From Bugula neritina (Eukaryota > Animalia > Bryozoa), in assembly GCA_964035545.1 (NCBI GenBank), contig OZ037767.1, positions 29,094,628-29,158,627 of the forward strand: a stretch of DNA of 64,000 bases, given 5' to 3'. Positions within the stretch are counted from its first letter, which is position 1. The number at the start of each line of letters is the position of its first letter. The notes beneath the pieces were generated by a model. It was not told where the DNA came from. It was given only the letters and a program-made list of their open reading frames with translations, and ran no database searches. Shown piece after piece: positions 13,201 through 30,425 of this stretch. Both the position numbers and the translations under genes were made by a program.

Positions 13201-13545
13201 ACCCGGACTTATGAATTTCAGGATACAAAGCTCCAAAGATTTTGATATAATTATATTGTTGAGACATCCAGAACTTTGGTAACTAAGCTTACCTTGATCG
13301 AATATTTTCCTCCCCAAGACCACCACATCAAAGAGATACACTTTCTGTTTAGTTGCTACTTGAACCAGGCACAATTCTCCAAATCTCCCCAGCTCCACAC
13401 CTTCACAGTCTACACTCAGCTGAGTTTCTCCTGTCAGAAGTTCTATAACATCTGGTAGCTGATGTTCCTGGTCAATCAGCTCCATGGAAATGCTACTGCT
13501 GCTTGACTGTAGCATAGATAACACAGCTGAACTTTTGGCAGCCAT
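10255..13545 (-). CDS. EXD1-like DEDDy exonuclease with C-terminal C4 zinc-finger-like exon, array copy 3 (about 304 aa)
   Basis: Exons 13545-13293, 12895-12794, 11957-11853, 11461-11348, 11243-11115 and 10466-10255. Motifs DCEG, FFDCRED, WKKRPL..YMLYAAKDV and CISC-x10-CHRC. A 4-bp insertion after the finger shortens the tail. Confidence 0.85.
10775..11010. repeat. (CAGTG)n pentamer satellite
   Basis: More than 40 perfect units. Confidence 0.95.
11600..11825. repeat. Degenerate (CACTA/CATTG/CGCTG)n pentamer tract
   Basis: Directly visible; homologous tracts at about 5820-5985 and 20330-20590. Confidence 0.85.
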
Positions 13546-15412
13546 TACAATGAGTGCTTATGGGAGTATTTTAGTCTTTGAACAGTTACAGAATGCTGCC
13601 AGAATTGAAGTGAACTTCGATTAGCTTTAGCATCAGATGCATGACCAATAAACTAAAATTAATGATAGCTATATAGTTACAGCTATAGCCATACTGTAGC
13701 CTTCAATTCCTTGAAAAAGTATTTGCTCTCAGTTGGGAAGGCAGCTTTGGTTATATTGAAGCTACGATTCTTGGAAAAACTAAACAAGAAAGTTTTTTGA
13801 CAAATGGAATTTCCCAGAAGGTGTTTTAGCCAACATTACTCACAGTGAGAAATTGTGATGAAAAACACTTTTTTATAGGCTTACTGTCAAATGGCCACAT
13901 ATCGAATAAGAGTTAATAAGAGTACCAGTATGTTTACTTCAAGTTCAAGTTTTAGTATGCATGGGTATAATGTGAAGTTAAATCCCATCTCTATTCTGTC
14001 ATTTTTTTCTGACAACTATTTTCATAACAGTAATAATAACCATTTGCTGTGAGGTGTTGTTTTTGCTTTGCTTAAATGTCTATTTCTTATTACTCTATTT
14101 GAAAAGCAGACAACATACTTTCATACTATAACAAATAATTATTTTTTTTCATCTTTTTTTATCTATTTCTGACTGTGTGACAATTTCCTATTGATGTTTG
14201 TGCTCCAAGAAAAATCTTCACCTTTCTATTGTTGTAAGCATCACAAGATATTTATATACTTTTTTTCAATGAAGTTATCATGTAAATCCCCAAATAAATT
14301 ATTTGTTACAGTAATTGGATGAGATTTTTAAACCAATCCACAATTCAGTAACACAAGTAGAAGATCTTAGGCTATTGAAATATAATGCATCTAGAATCTA
14401 GATGTCTACTTGTGTACAAAGTGCCTTTGGCACTGAAGAAACTAATGATGATGTAATAGATCACTGGGTATTACGCAATAGCCTAGTCTTGGGGAATAAA
14501 GTACTTGGGAAATCTAACTATGGGATTATATACCTCAATAAATACCTCAATGGCTTCAAAAGTGAACAGTTTCTCTGGCTCACCTGTTAATTTTTTTCAA
14601 GTTTATGCATGTATTGTTTGAAGAAATGTAAAGCCTAATAATATTAATAATATATTAAATAAGTGTATATTGATAAAATGAGTAATTTTCTTTGTGCAAA
14701 TCTCAAAGCTAACACGATTTATTTGTGCATGTGTAGATGAAACAATATATTTTATAATTATGTTTATGTAATATTATTTTGGAGTTGACATTTAATCCAA
14801 TATTTATCTTTTTTTTCTAGTTTATTTTTCCCAAATATATTGTGAAAAAATAAAAAAACGTTGATATAGTTAAGAAGATGCTTTACTGTTTAACTCGGGT
14901 ATTCTACTTATATAAGACTTATGGTTTGAGCCCTCATGAGCATTTTAGGCACTAAATTTAGTAGTTGAATATTTAGCATACTTGCACCTCATTTTCCCCA
15001 GACCTTGAAAATATCATACTGTGACAATTTTTTTTACCAACGATTATTCTTGTAAACCTTACGCTAGTTTTTTTTTGCTAATAGCCATAACCTTAGTCTT
15101 AGCTCATCTTATTAGTAAAACATAACGTTACAACCAGAAGTCATGGACACTTGTATATTTTATTTTTCTTATTTATTTAGAGATTATTTGTTATAGAGAT
15201 TGTAGTTGTCATTCTAAAATAAAATATATAGTATATAAAATATAAGTTACACATTGTTACAACTAATTGTTACAACTAATGTATAATTCTCTCTTTATAT
15301 GGTAGCTTCTAGAGTTATTCTCTCTGGTAGATGTGCAGTTTGGAAATGTTAATAACTTAAATGTTTCACAGAGTGACAGTTTCAACACAGTTTGACTGCT
15401 GAATCAACAGGA

Positions 15413-15687
15413 TTAAAAATCAAAATAATCATCATCAAATCTAGCACGCCTTGTTGAGAGATGGGTTGGATATGCTGTTTTAAACGCCTCTGGATGATCA
15501 ATGAGATAACATCTGTGACACTGTCCACCATGAGGTGTCTCAGTTCTCCAGTTACAGCTGATGCATGGCTCTCCTGTGGATGAAAACCTCTCAATATTCC
15601 AACTACCTCCCCTCTTAGTGACTTCTGGAATTATCTTCTCTGGCAGACGTGCATTACGGATGTATGGACTACCTTGCTTGTATTCAC
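15413..15687 (-). other. Second, near-identical copy of the zinc-finger terminal exon (part of a 1335-bp tandem duplication)
   Basis: 15409 onward repeats at 16744 onward with a constant offset of 1335. Same acceptor TTTAG|GTGAATAC and same stop. Confidence 0.8.
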
Positions 15688-15880
15688 CTAAACAAAGTTG
15701 GCAATACTAAAATCATGATACTCATCTTTGTCAGAGTATGTCTAAGTTTACTATAGTAGCTATAGCAAATTTACGGATAAAGAAATTGCATTACCTACTT
15801 AAGTGTTTAGTAGCTTTTACAACAAATTTGTGGCCAAAACATATCATAATTTTTCATGTGCTGCCTGTTCCAGCACTTGA

Positions 15881-16743
15881 TGTAGTGTAGTGTAGTGTAG
15901 TGTAGTGTAGTGTATTGTAGTGTAGTGTATTGTAGTGTAGTGTATTGTAGTGTAGTGTATTGTAGTGTAGTGTATTGTAGTGTAGTGTAGTGTATTGTAG
16001 TGCATTGTAGTGGGGTGTAGTGTAGTGTATTGTAGTGTAGTGTAGTGTAGTGTAGTGTAGTGTATTGTAGTGTAGTGTATTGTAGTGTAGTGTATTGTAG
16101 TGTAGTGTATTGTAGTGTAGTGTATTGTAGTGTAGTGTATTGTAGTGTAGTGTGTTGTATTGTAGTGTATTGTATTGTAGTGTATTGTAGTGTAATGTGT
16201 TGTAGTGTGTTGTATTGTAGTGTAGTGTAGTGTAGTGTAATGTAGTGTAGTGTAGTGTAGTGTAGTGTAGTGTAGTGTAGTGTAGTGTAGTGTAGTGTAG
16301 TGTAGTGTAGTGTAGTGTATTGTAGTGTAGTGTAGTGTATTGTAGTGTAGTGTGTTGTATTGTAGTGTATTGTATTGTAGTGTATTGTAGTGTAATGTGT
16401 TGTAGTGTGTTGTATTGTAGTGTAGTGTAGTGTAGTGTAATGTAGTGTAGTGTAGTGTAGTGTAGTGTAGTGTAGTGTAGTGTAGTGTAGTGTAGTGTAG
16501 TGTAGTGTAGTGTAGTGTAGTGTAGTGTATTGTAGTGTAGTGTATTGTAGTGTAGTGTATTGTAGTGTAGTGTAGTGTATTGTAGTGCATTGTAGTGGGG
16601 TGTAGTGTAGTGTATTGTAGTGTAGTGTAGTGTAGTGTAGTGTAGTGTATTGCGGTGTATTGTAGTGTATTGTAGTGTAGTGTATTGTAGTGTATTGTAA
16701 TGGGGTGTAGTGTAGTGTATTGTAGTGTAGTGTAGTGTATTGT
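15881..16743. repeat. (TGTAG/TGTAT)n pentamer satellite
   Basis: Directly visible. Confidence 0.95.
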
Positions 16744-16747
16744 AGGA

Positions 16748-21984
<5,237 letters not shown>

Positions 21985-24708
21985 TATAATGAATGCTAGG
22001 AAAGAGAAAACGCCTTAGTTTTTGAACAGTTTTAGAATGCTGCCAGGATTGAAGTGAACTTGTATTAGCTTTCGCCTTAGATGTGTGACCTGATGCCATA
22101 CTGTAGCCTTCAATTCCTTGAAAGAGTATTTGCTCTCAGTTGGGAAGGCAGCTTTGGTCACACTGAAGCTATGATTCTTGGAAAAACTAAACAAGAAAGT
22201 TGTTTGGCAAATGGATTTTCCCAAAAGGGGTTTTAGCCAACATTACTCACAGTGGAAAATTGTGAGGAAAAACATTCGGGGGAATTTAGGCCTGCTAATA
22301 AATGGCCACATAAGAGTAAGAGTTATAGGAGTTATATAAAGTTAAAGTTCAAGTTTTAGTATGCGTATCAAGTCAAGTTAAATTCCGTCTCTATTCTGTT
22401 GTTTTGCTTTTCTGGCAACTATTTTTAGAACAGTAATAATAAACATTTGCTGTGAGGTGTTGATGTGTGGATTTTTGCTTTGCTTGAATGTCTATTCCTG
22501 ATTAATCTATTTGAAAAGCAGACAACATACTTTCATACTATAACTAATAATTCTCTTGCATCTTTTCTCATCTATTTCTGACTGTGTGACAATTTCCTAT
22601 TGATGTTTTTGCTTCAAGAACAATTTCCACCTTACTGCTGCTGTAAGCAACACAATATAGAATATTTATATATATATAATGGCTGTAAGCATCACAAGAT
22701 ATTTATATACTTTTTGTCAATGAAGTTATGATGTAAATCCCCAAATAAATTATTTGTTACAGCAATTAGATGAGATTTTTAAACCAAACCACAATTCAGT
22801 AACACAAGTAGAAGATTTTAGGTTATTGAAATATAATGCATCTATAATCTAGATGTCTACTTGTGTACAAAGTGCCTTTGGCACTGAAGAAACTAATGCT
22901 GATGTAATAGATCACTGGGTATTACACAACAGCCTTGTCTTGGGGAACAAAATTTTTGGGAAATTTTAACTTAGGAATATTGCATGGCAGCTAAATAAAC
23001 TGGCAGCCAAATTCCCTATCTCCATAATTGGTACAACAATCATGTGTTTAACATTCATTTGTTAGCATGCTGTTGATCTCAATACAAATATTATTTCTGA
23101 AAAGACTGAAAAGGTTACCTCAAGTGATCAGTATCTGATCTTTTGTTTAAAAATTTCCTGAATCATTCTAACTTTTAAGTGCTATTTCCATCTAGGTGCA
23201 TTGAAGAAAAAGTTTTAAAAGCCCCTAAACTCTTTATTATAGCTGTTTAATGAATTTTGGTTTGAAGCGTGGGTTGAAATTCTTGTAGGAATAACTTAAC
23301 TTTTTTGCTACATTTCTCATTTCAAACACATGCTTCTCTCAATTTCTCAGTTGCTGCACCAACCTTGCTACGTCAGGGGTTATTTCCAGAGGAAATGTGT
23401 GTAGTGGTTAGCTGAGTAAGGAGCATCTCATATTCTGAATACAGTAAGAAGCAGCACATCCAGTATACAAGGATGGCAATCATCAATTTTCATTTCAACA
23501 TTACTTTGTTGCTGTATAGCCCAGTTTCCATTACATCTCAGGAGGGGGAGGAGACAGGATTATTTAGCATTTATTTACTATATCTAACTTTCACACATCA
23601 TACTAGCATGTAGACCTAGAACCCCAAGTAGTTGGTTATTCACAAAACTTAGACAAATTAAAGCTTTTAAAATGTACATAGTGGTAAATTTTTACAATTT
23701 TTGTTCGGAATGTAATTATGTTTTAGGTTCAGGATTGTTTTCTGCATCCCCTAAGTTAGCCATTAATTTTTATAATTTGGAAAATTTGTTTTCAATCCCT
23801 ACTGTCATTATTCGGCTTTCATCTGTTATTATAATTGTTACTTTAATGACTCAGAGATACTAATAGCCAATGTATTGTAACAAATTAGCATTATAAAGAA
23901 CATAAGGCTGGGTGTAATCAATAAGAAATCAGAAAATTCATGATGGTTGAGTGTGGAATATATTGCCCGCTGAGTAATGCCGAACTAATAGCTAATGTAT
24001 GATGTAACATGGACTTCTTGACATACCACTTATATGCTGTTTTGTTTTATGACTGTTTGAATAAGGTGATGATACTTGTGTGTAGAAGATGTAGGCGTTA
24101 GTGCTATACTGTAGTGATACAGTGAGTACTGTTTTATCTCCAAGTGTTTAGCCTAATTTCTGTTCACCTTGAATATAATATCCCGATTTCAAAGCTGAGA
24201 ATGGAAAGAAAAGTCATTTTGCCATACTGGCAATATAAGCCAAGCCAATATAAGAACACAGACTATATGATTAACTACAGAAATTTTGTTGTAACCAAGG
24301 CTAAAGTTCAATCGGAACATGTATGTTATATTATCTCACTACTGCTGAAGGCGATGTCTAAAATGTTATTTTGTAAGTAAAACCGAAGTGCTAGTTGTGA
24401 TCATTTAATTTCCTGTTTTTTAGTGAATACGCAAACTAGTAGGTAATTAAGTCAATATACATTGCATATAATACATGTACAGTATATGTATATTATATTA
24501 TATAGAATAAGCATGTTATATATACGGTATAGAATTTTACATAGTATATATCTGTACATATGATAACGTTTTATAATATATACTGTGTATATGAAAGAGT
24601 TATATAGTATAATATGCATATCTGTATATATGTAGAGTTGTATGATATATTATACCTGCATATATGGCAGAGCTGTATGATATATACCTGTATGTATGTG
24701 GAGTTGTA

Positions 24709-24840
24709 TATAGTATACTTACATAAATAATACAAATATATAGTATACTTGCATAAATAATATAAATATATAGTATACTTGCATAAATAATATAAATATA
24801 TAGTATACTTGCATAAATAATATAAATATATAGTATACTT
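24709..24840. repeat. 30-bp tandem repeat, about 4 copies
   Basis: Unit TATAGTATACTTGCATAAATAATATAAATA. Confidence 0.9.
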
Positions 24841-25120
24841 CCCTATGATTCAGTAGCACTAAAATGTTGAATTGCAGCTTTTTTGTGTGACGTACCCGAT
24901 CCAAAGTGTTATATATGAATAGAGGGCTGTCTTGTGATGTTCTTTGTAATATACTGGCTACTCATCAGTTAATTGCTGCCGGAGGTTATATAAACTCATT
25001 TGCTGCCACTAGAATAACCTGTAAACTTGCAAGGAATTTCTGTATAAGTGTTGTTAAATCTATTTTAAATATGAAAAAACCTTGACATCATTTGGGCATA
25101 ATTTGTAGCTGTTCATTTGA

Positions 25121-25321
25121 AGAATACCTGTAACTGTTCAATAGATTACCTGTAACTGTTCAGTAGATTACCTGTAACTGTTCAGTAGAATACCTGTAAC
25201 TGTCCAATAGATTACCTGTAACTGTTTAATAGAATACCTGTAACTGTCCAATAGATTACCTGTAACTGTTTAATAGAATACCTGTAACTGTTCAATAGAT
25301 TACCTGTAACTGTTCAATAGA
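25121..25321. repeat. 22-bp tandem minisatellite, about 9 copies
   Basis: Unit TACCTGTAACTGTTCAATAGA(T/A), head to tail with no spacers. Confidence 0.9.
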
Positions 25322-26324
25322 CTCATACATATGGATTTCAGAAACAGATAACAATAGCTCTGTACTTTAGCATAATGGTCCTGTGATGGATAGAAATCAA
25401 GGGCAGACAATTACTCTGGTATTGATAATCTGCAGTGTAGTCACCACAAGTGGTATGTACACTGTATCTACTCTGCAATAGTCAAGAGTCATAAATTGAA
25501 ATAACTTACTATCTTATCTTATAAATAATCATCTTCTAATCCACATGCTGCTTCAACTAGGAAAGGACATAAGCTACTAGCCATTGTATTAAACTATTAG
25601 AGAATTCTAGAATATATATAAGTCAGAAAACTAGTCATATCATCTCAAAAGCCTATGGTTTACCTCAAAATTCTTTAAGAAAATATCTTCACACTCTGAT
25701 TTAATTTTAGAATATTCATGGACCCTATTTACTTGCATAAAATCTCTACAAACTAATTAATTGTATGCTATTTTCTGCACACTGGTTCAACATTTCTGCA
25801 TATATATCATTTTATGCTCAGGAGGCAAAGTTTACAATCAGTCTACTGTCGGCTGTGCAGAGCAAAACATCCCCACAGCTCGTCTGTATTGTCCGAATCA
25901 GGATGGAGAAACATTTAGCATACAACTGCAGATGGCAAGTGCATATGTGTGATATTATCTAATCATGTTTCTGTAGTTATTGCAACAGTTGATCACTTGG
26001 AAGTGAATGAAACATGCTTTCAGCCATGAATTTTTTATTTTGTCCTAGTTCTCACAGCTGCCTTTACTGATTAGCATATTATTATAACATATTTTCAATT
26101 TACATTTTATAATATGTTTACCAGTTTTGTTGTAAAAGCCCATATCACTACCCGAACATTGTATGACTAAATTTTCCATTTTATAATTTAATTTATATTT
26201 CTATTATTACACTTCTAAAATTTATAAGCGATAAAAAACTCATGTTGGTTTATACTATCCATCTCTGAGAGAACCACTAATGAGAAGGTTTTTTAGCAGC
26301 TAGACGAAGGGATTTTTCCCTATT

Positions 26325-26448
26325 CTGGTGCACATGAGCAATTATGACTGGATGCTTTTCTTAGCATCACCAGTGGCCTTTACTGGGGATCAAACCACTG
26401 ACGTCATGTTTACTAAGCCAGTGCTCTAACCCTTAGATCCCGGTTTCT
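26325..26448 (-). mobile_element. Degenerate tRNA-derived SINE
   Basis: The minus strand reads GGGATCTAAGGGTTAGAGC (A-box-like) ... GGTTTGATCCC (B-box-like), followed by a non-tRNA body. Confidence 0.5.
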
Positions 26449-26563
26449 CTCTAATATTTAATCACTGATACTACATATATATAAAATAGCAATTTTACAA
26501 AACATATCCTAATATTTTACTAGATCATAGCTACCTACAAAGAAACGTGTCCCACAAGCCTCA

Positions 26564-27128
26564 TGTCACAAAACTGTTGGTAGCAGTGTGACGAGTTCGA
26601 AAAGTCTGGTAGTCAGAAGTGTATAGACAAGTAGCATACAGCTTGCTAATCCAGTTGTGAGTAAATAGAGTTGTGAATACAAGTAGACTTTATTTCTCTA
26701 GTAAGATATGCACATATGAACTTATAAAAATGAACTCCGAGAATGAACTTATAAAAAGGAACTCCAAGAATGAACTGATTTGTAAACACAACTGCCTCAG
26801 TATTTATAGTAAACAAAAAACTCTAGAACATTCTCAAGCATTCCAGTATAGAAGATTCTAGTAGGAAACATTCCCCACATGCCAATACTATTTATAGAAA
26901 ATCAAAACAAAACAAAACATTGGAATTTCCATGGTTATTTCGCAATTATTGCGCAACACCTTGTTTACATTGCTGGGCAGTAGTTAACATGACTAATGAA
27001 AACAGTAACAATGAACAATGACCCATCTCTTTGATTAGTCTAGAATATTTATGAACATTCCTGTATAATCATTAGGAAAAACCTGGTAAGTCTATTTATA
27101 GGTATATGTACACTCAGAATTTGTGACA
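26564..27128 (-). repeat. 3' LTR
   Basis: TG...CA termini; no difference from 30426-30990 seen by eye. Confidence 0.95.
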
Positions 27129-27141
27129 ACCCCCCATTCTA
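27129..27141 (-). promoter_or_regulatory. Polypurine tract
   Basis: AGAATGGGGGGGT abuts the 3' LTR on the minus strand. Confidence 0.8.
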
Positions 27142-27197
27142 AGAGAAATTATCTTGATCATTTCTTCTAACTACTTAAAATTCTGAGTCAATTCGGC

Positions 27198-30100
27198 TTA
27201 GATAATCGGCTCCAACATTGTCCTTTCCTTTGATTGACTCCACCTTGATTCTGTCTGCTGTTTCTTACTGTACAGGTCCAACAAATTATCTTCGCATTCT
27301 TTTCTTTCCTCATCGTGATCAATAATTCCAGCACCAGCAGCATCTAGAGTCATTACAGCTCCAACAGTCATAGGGTCGGTAGGCGTCTCCCGCTCAAAAT
27401 ATTTCTTCAGCATGTTGGCATGGTATGTTCTCCTCTTGCCTCTAATGTTGATAATGTAGTCATTCAGTCTGACTTTCTCCTCAATATTGAATGGTCCTTG
27501 CCAATGCATCAGCAATTTATTTCCATTTGTAGGTAGAAGAATGAGCACTTTGTCACCAGATTTGAAGTCTCTCTGCTTAGCTTTCTTGTCAAAATAGTGT
27601 TTGTATCTTTTTTGACTGTCTTTTAGCGAAGCTAGTGCCATTTCCATCATGTCATCTAAACGCTCTCTCAATTCAAAAACATGTTGATAGCAGGTCTTGA
27701 CTTCATCGGCAGTGTCTTCTTTTGTCCAAAGTTGCCGCAGGATGTACATTGGTCCACGCACAGTTCTTCCATAGAGTAACTCGAATGGGGCGAAGCCTGT
27801 TGATTCCTGTGGGACTTCTCTATATGCAAATAGAGCCGCATTGATGAATCGATGCCACTGTCTTGGCTCTTTAGCACACAACTTTTTTAACATACTCTTG
27901 AGGGTTCCGTTGAACTTTTCCACAAGTCCATTGGCCATTGCATGGTATGGTGAGGTAGGAAGTTGCCGCATGTCAAGTAATCTGGTGAACTCTTTCATGT
28001 AGTCTGAGATGAATTGAGTTCCTTGATCGCTTATCACCTCCTCTGGTATCCCAACACGACTGTATATGTCAAGCAGCGCTTCAGCTACAGTAGCTGAGTC
28101 AATGTTCTTCAATGGTGTAGCTTCAGGATATCTTGTAGCATAGTCAACTAAAGTTAGGATGTAGCGGTGTCCTCTCTCACTTGGAGGGTTAATTGGTCCG
28201 ACTAGGTCTATCGCACATCTCTTGAATGGGGTGTCAATTAGTGGTGTTTCCTGTACTGGAACTTTCATGACTGAGCCTTTTTTCACCGTCTTCTGGCAAA
28301 TGTCACATGATTGACAGAAACGTACGACATCTCCGTTTAGTCCTGGCCAGAAGAAGTTGGAAAGCACTCTATCAGAGGTTTTCTTTACTCCTAGGTGTCC
28401 GCTCATTATGCAGTCATGAGCTTTCTGTAGAACTTCCTTCCTCAGTGAATTGGGTACCATGAGTTGTTTAACAGGGTTTACACTGGCAGACTTCGAGTCG
28501 GTGTACTCACGGTACAGAATCTTATTCCTCACCACAAACCTAGTGGTGCATCCCTTTTTCTCCTTCACTTCTTTTGCATCGAAGAAACGTTCCAATGTGG
28601 GGTCGTCCCTCTGCAGTCTGGCTATCTCATCTTTCCCTATACTTAATGGGTTAGCATTTGAATCAATCTTCAGTGGTTTGTCTCCTGACTTTTCCTTGAC
28701 AGCTTGAGCTCTTGTGGTTACGGCGCAGTCCTTCCAGTTTTCCAGCGGCTGGTCAGCTGATCTTGCTCCATCCACATTCCCAATAAGCAGGTCACAAATT
28801 GTCTTGTCCATTACTGCAGCTTTGACGACACCATTGTAAAATGGTGAGCGTACTGAGATAAGTGCCCACTGAGCCTCCCTAACACTGGCATCAGCCATAT
28901 TCAGATAAACTGATTCTCCAGTTAAGTGTTGAGGTTGCACATACTTTGCATTGACTACAATGCAACCACAGCCGGTGTCGCGCATTACAGTAGCTCGTTG
29001 GCCATTAACTTCCGCATCAAATATCGCTGTGCCCCCATCTTTGAATTTAGGTCCATTCTTGCAGACAGCAGCGTTGACAAACTTTTTACCATTAACTGTG
29101 ATTTCCGTAGGTTCTTCCACTTTAGATGAGATTCCTGGATCTGTGACCACAGTCTTATTCTGAGTAGTCGCTATTGCAGCAGCAGCATGCACTGACCTTC
29201 CACCATACTTTCTGCAGTCTGAAGTATTGTGATTGTTCATCTTGCAATGTGAACAGTACTTCTTCCCTCGCCGTGGGCAGTTGCGAGCAATGTGTGACTT
29301 ATCTTTGCAGATGAAGCATGCACCATCGCTTTTACTTCCTTGTTCAGCATTCATGCTACCGACAGGTGTGTTTTCTATCCTTTTTGTATTAGTTTTCTTT
29401 GTCTTTGCTAGTTTCCTTCCACGGGCGTGCAAGAACAGTGACGCTGCATCACACATATCCTCACTGCTGTTGTAGGAACTTTGCTTTAAATGCACAGCTA
29501 GGTCGTCTGGGCACGATGATATAAATTGTTCAGTCGCCACTAGTTTGGCTATGTCCATGCCCCCTGAAAGCTCCACCCACTTGTGCACATAGCTTTCTAT
29601 CCTAGTGAACAGTTGGGCAGGAGTTTCATCCTCGTAAGCTTCTGCCTCTCTGAGCTTTTTTCTGTAGCCCTCTTGAGTCAAGTTAAAGCGCTCCAACAAG
29701 GCTTCTTTGACTTTTTTATAATCTCTACGATCGGTAGGTGACAACCGGATGTAAGCTTCTGTTGCTGTACCCCTTAGGTACTGACTGAGATGGTAGGGCC
29801 AATCTCCCTTGTCCCAGTTACATCCTTCGGCAACCCACTCGAACCGCTCTAAATAGCTATCCATTTCGTCCACCTTCTCATCAAAGAATGGTATTTTTGG
29901 TTTTGGTTTGTTAGCTATTTCTAACCTGGTGCTCTCATGTCTTGAGTGCTCCAAACTTGTGTCAGCTTTCAGCTTTTCCATATCTAATTCATGTCGTTGT
30001 CTTCTCTCTTCTGCCTCCTGGTCAGCTTGAACCTTGAGTGCCATTGCCTCCTGGTCAGCTTTAACCTTGAGTGCCATTGCCTCCTGATCAGCTTTAACCT

Positions 30101-30329
30101 TGAATGCCGTTGCCTCCTGATCAGCTTTTATCTTCATCTCCATTAAGGCTTTCTCATTCTCTTGCCTGATCTTTTCTGCCTCACGCTCTAATCTACGTTC
30201 CTCTCGGTCCTTTTCTTTTTCTTCTTGTGCAGCAACAATGGGTAGGTTCTTTTCAACAAAAGCTATGAGCTTGTCCTCCACCAATCCAAGGTCTTTACCC
30301 ATCTGTGTCACTCTCTCCAACAACGCCAT
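27198..30329 (-). CDS. Gag-protease-integrase polyprotein (no RT)
   Basis: Coiled-coil KADQEA repeats, capsid-like YLERFE region, two CCHC knuckles (CFICKDKSHIARNC, CSHCKMNNHNTSDC), protease DTGC, integrase HHCC (HDCIMSGH..CQSCDIC), D-D-E core (IDLVGP, SDQGTQF, VEKFNG) and GPF motif. No YxDD RT motif. Confidence 0.93.
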   Translation of the reverse strand: MALLERVTQMGKDLGLVEDKLIAFVEKNLPIVAAQEEKEKDREERRLEREAEKIRQENEKALMEMKIKADQEATAFKVKADQEAMALKVKADQEAMALKVQADQEAEERRQRHELDMEKLKADTSLEHSRHESTRLEIANKPKPKIPFFDEKVDEMDSYLERFEWVAEGCNWDKGDWPYHLSQYLRGTATEAYIRLSPTDRRDYKKVKEALLERFNLTQEGYRKKLREAEAYEDETPAQLFTRIESYVHKWVELSGGMDIAKLVATEQFISSCPDDLAVHLKQSSYNSSEDMCDAASLFLHARGRKLAKTKKTNTKRIENTPVGSMNAEQGSKSDGACFICKDKSHIARNCPRRGKKYCSHCKMNNHNTSDCRKYGGRSVHAAAAIATTQNKTVVTDPGISSKVEEPTEITVNGKKFVNAAVCKNGPKFKDGGTAIFDAEVNGQRATVMRDTGCGCIVVNAKYVQPQHLTGESVYLNMADASVREAQWALISVRSPFYNGVVKAAVMDKTICDLLIGNVDGARSADQPLENWKDCAVTTRAQAVKEKSGDKPLKIDSNANPLSIGKDEIARLQRDDPTLERFFDAKEVKEKKGCTTRFVVRNKILYREYTDSKSASVNPVKQLMVPNSLRKEVLQKAHDCIMSGHLGVKKTSDRVLSNFFWPGLNGDVVRFCQSCDICQKTVKKGSVMKVPVQETPLIDTPFKRCAIDLVGPINPPSERGHRYILTLVDYATRYPEATPLKNIDSATVAEALLDIYSRVGIPEEVISDQGTQFISDYMKEFTRLLDMRQLPTSPYHAMANGLVEKFNGTLKSMLKKLCAKEPRQWHRFINAALFAYREVPQESTGFAPFELLYGRTVRGPMYILRQLWTKEDTADEVKTCYQHVFELRERLDDMMEMALASLKDSQKRYKHYFDKKAKQRDFKSGDKVLILLPTNGNKLLMHWQGPFNIEEKVRLNDYIINIRGKRRTYHANMLKKYFERETPTDPMTVGAVMTLDAAGAGIIDHDEERKECEDNLLDLYSKKQQTESRWSQSKERTMLEPII

Positions 30330-30406
30330 GATGTCCCAACAACTGTTAATTAATCCTGTGTATACTCACGTTGTAACTAATAACTTCCCTGTGTGCGACT
30401 GAGACT

Positions 30407-30423
30407 TCCCGGAGCAGCCCCCA
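30407..30423 (-). promoter_or_regulatory. Primer-binding site, tRNA-Pro-like
   Basis: TGGGGGCTGCTCCGGGA lies 2 nt inside the 5' LTR boundary and closely resembles the known tRNA-Pro PBS TGGGGGCTCGTCCGGGAT. Confidence 0.8.
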
Positions 30424-30425
30424 AT

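Noticed and set aside
25121-25321. CRISPR-like appearance of the 22-bp repeat (also the 30-bp and 21-bp repeats)
   Set aside because: Head-to-tail units without unique spacers, no cas genes, eukaryotic context.
26673-26861. 62-aa ORF duplicated at 30535-30723
   Set aside because: Lies within the LTRs, non-ATG start, no recognisable motif.
28450-29475. Plus-strand ORFs within the element
   Set aside because: Antisense shadows of the polyprotein ORF.
27198-30329. Interpretation as a Ginger/GIN integrase DNA transposon or a domesticated gene
   Set aside because: LTRs, PBS, PPT, Gag, protease and the RNase H remnant show an LTR retrotransposon derivative.
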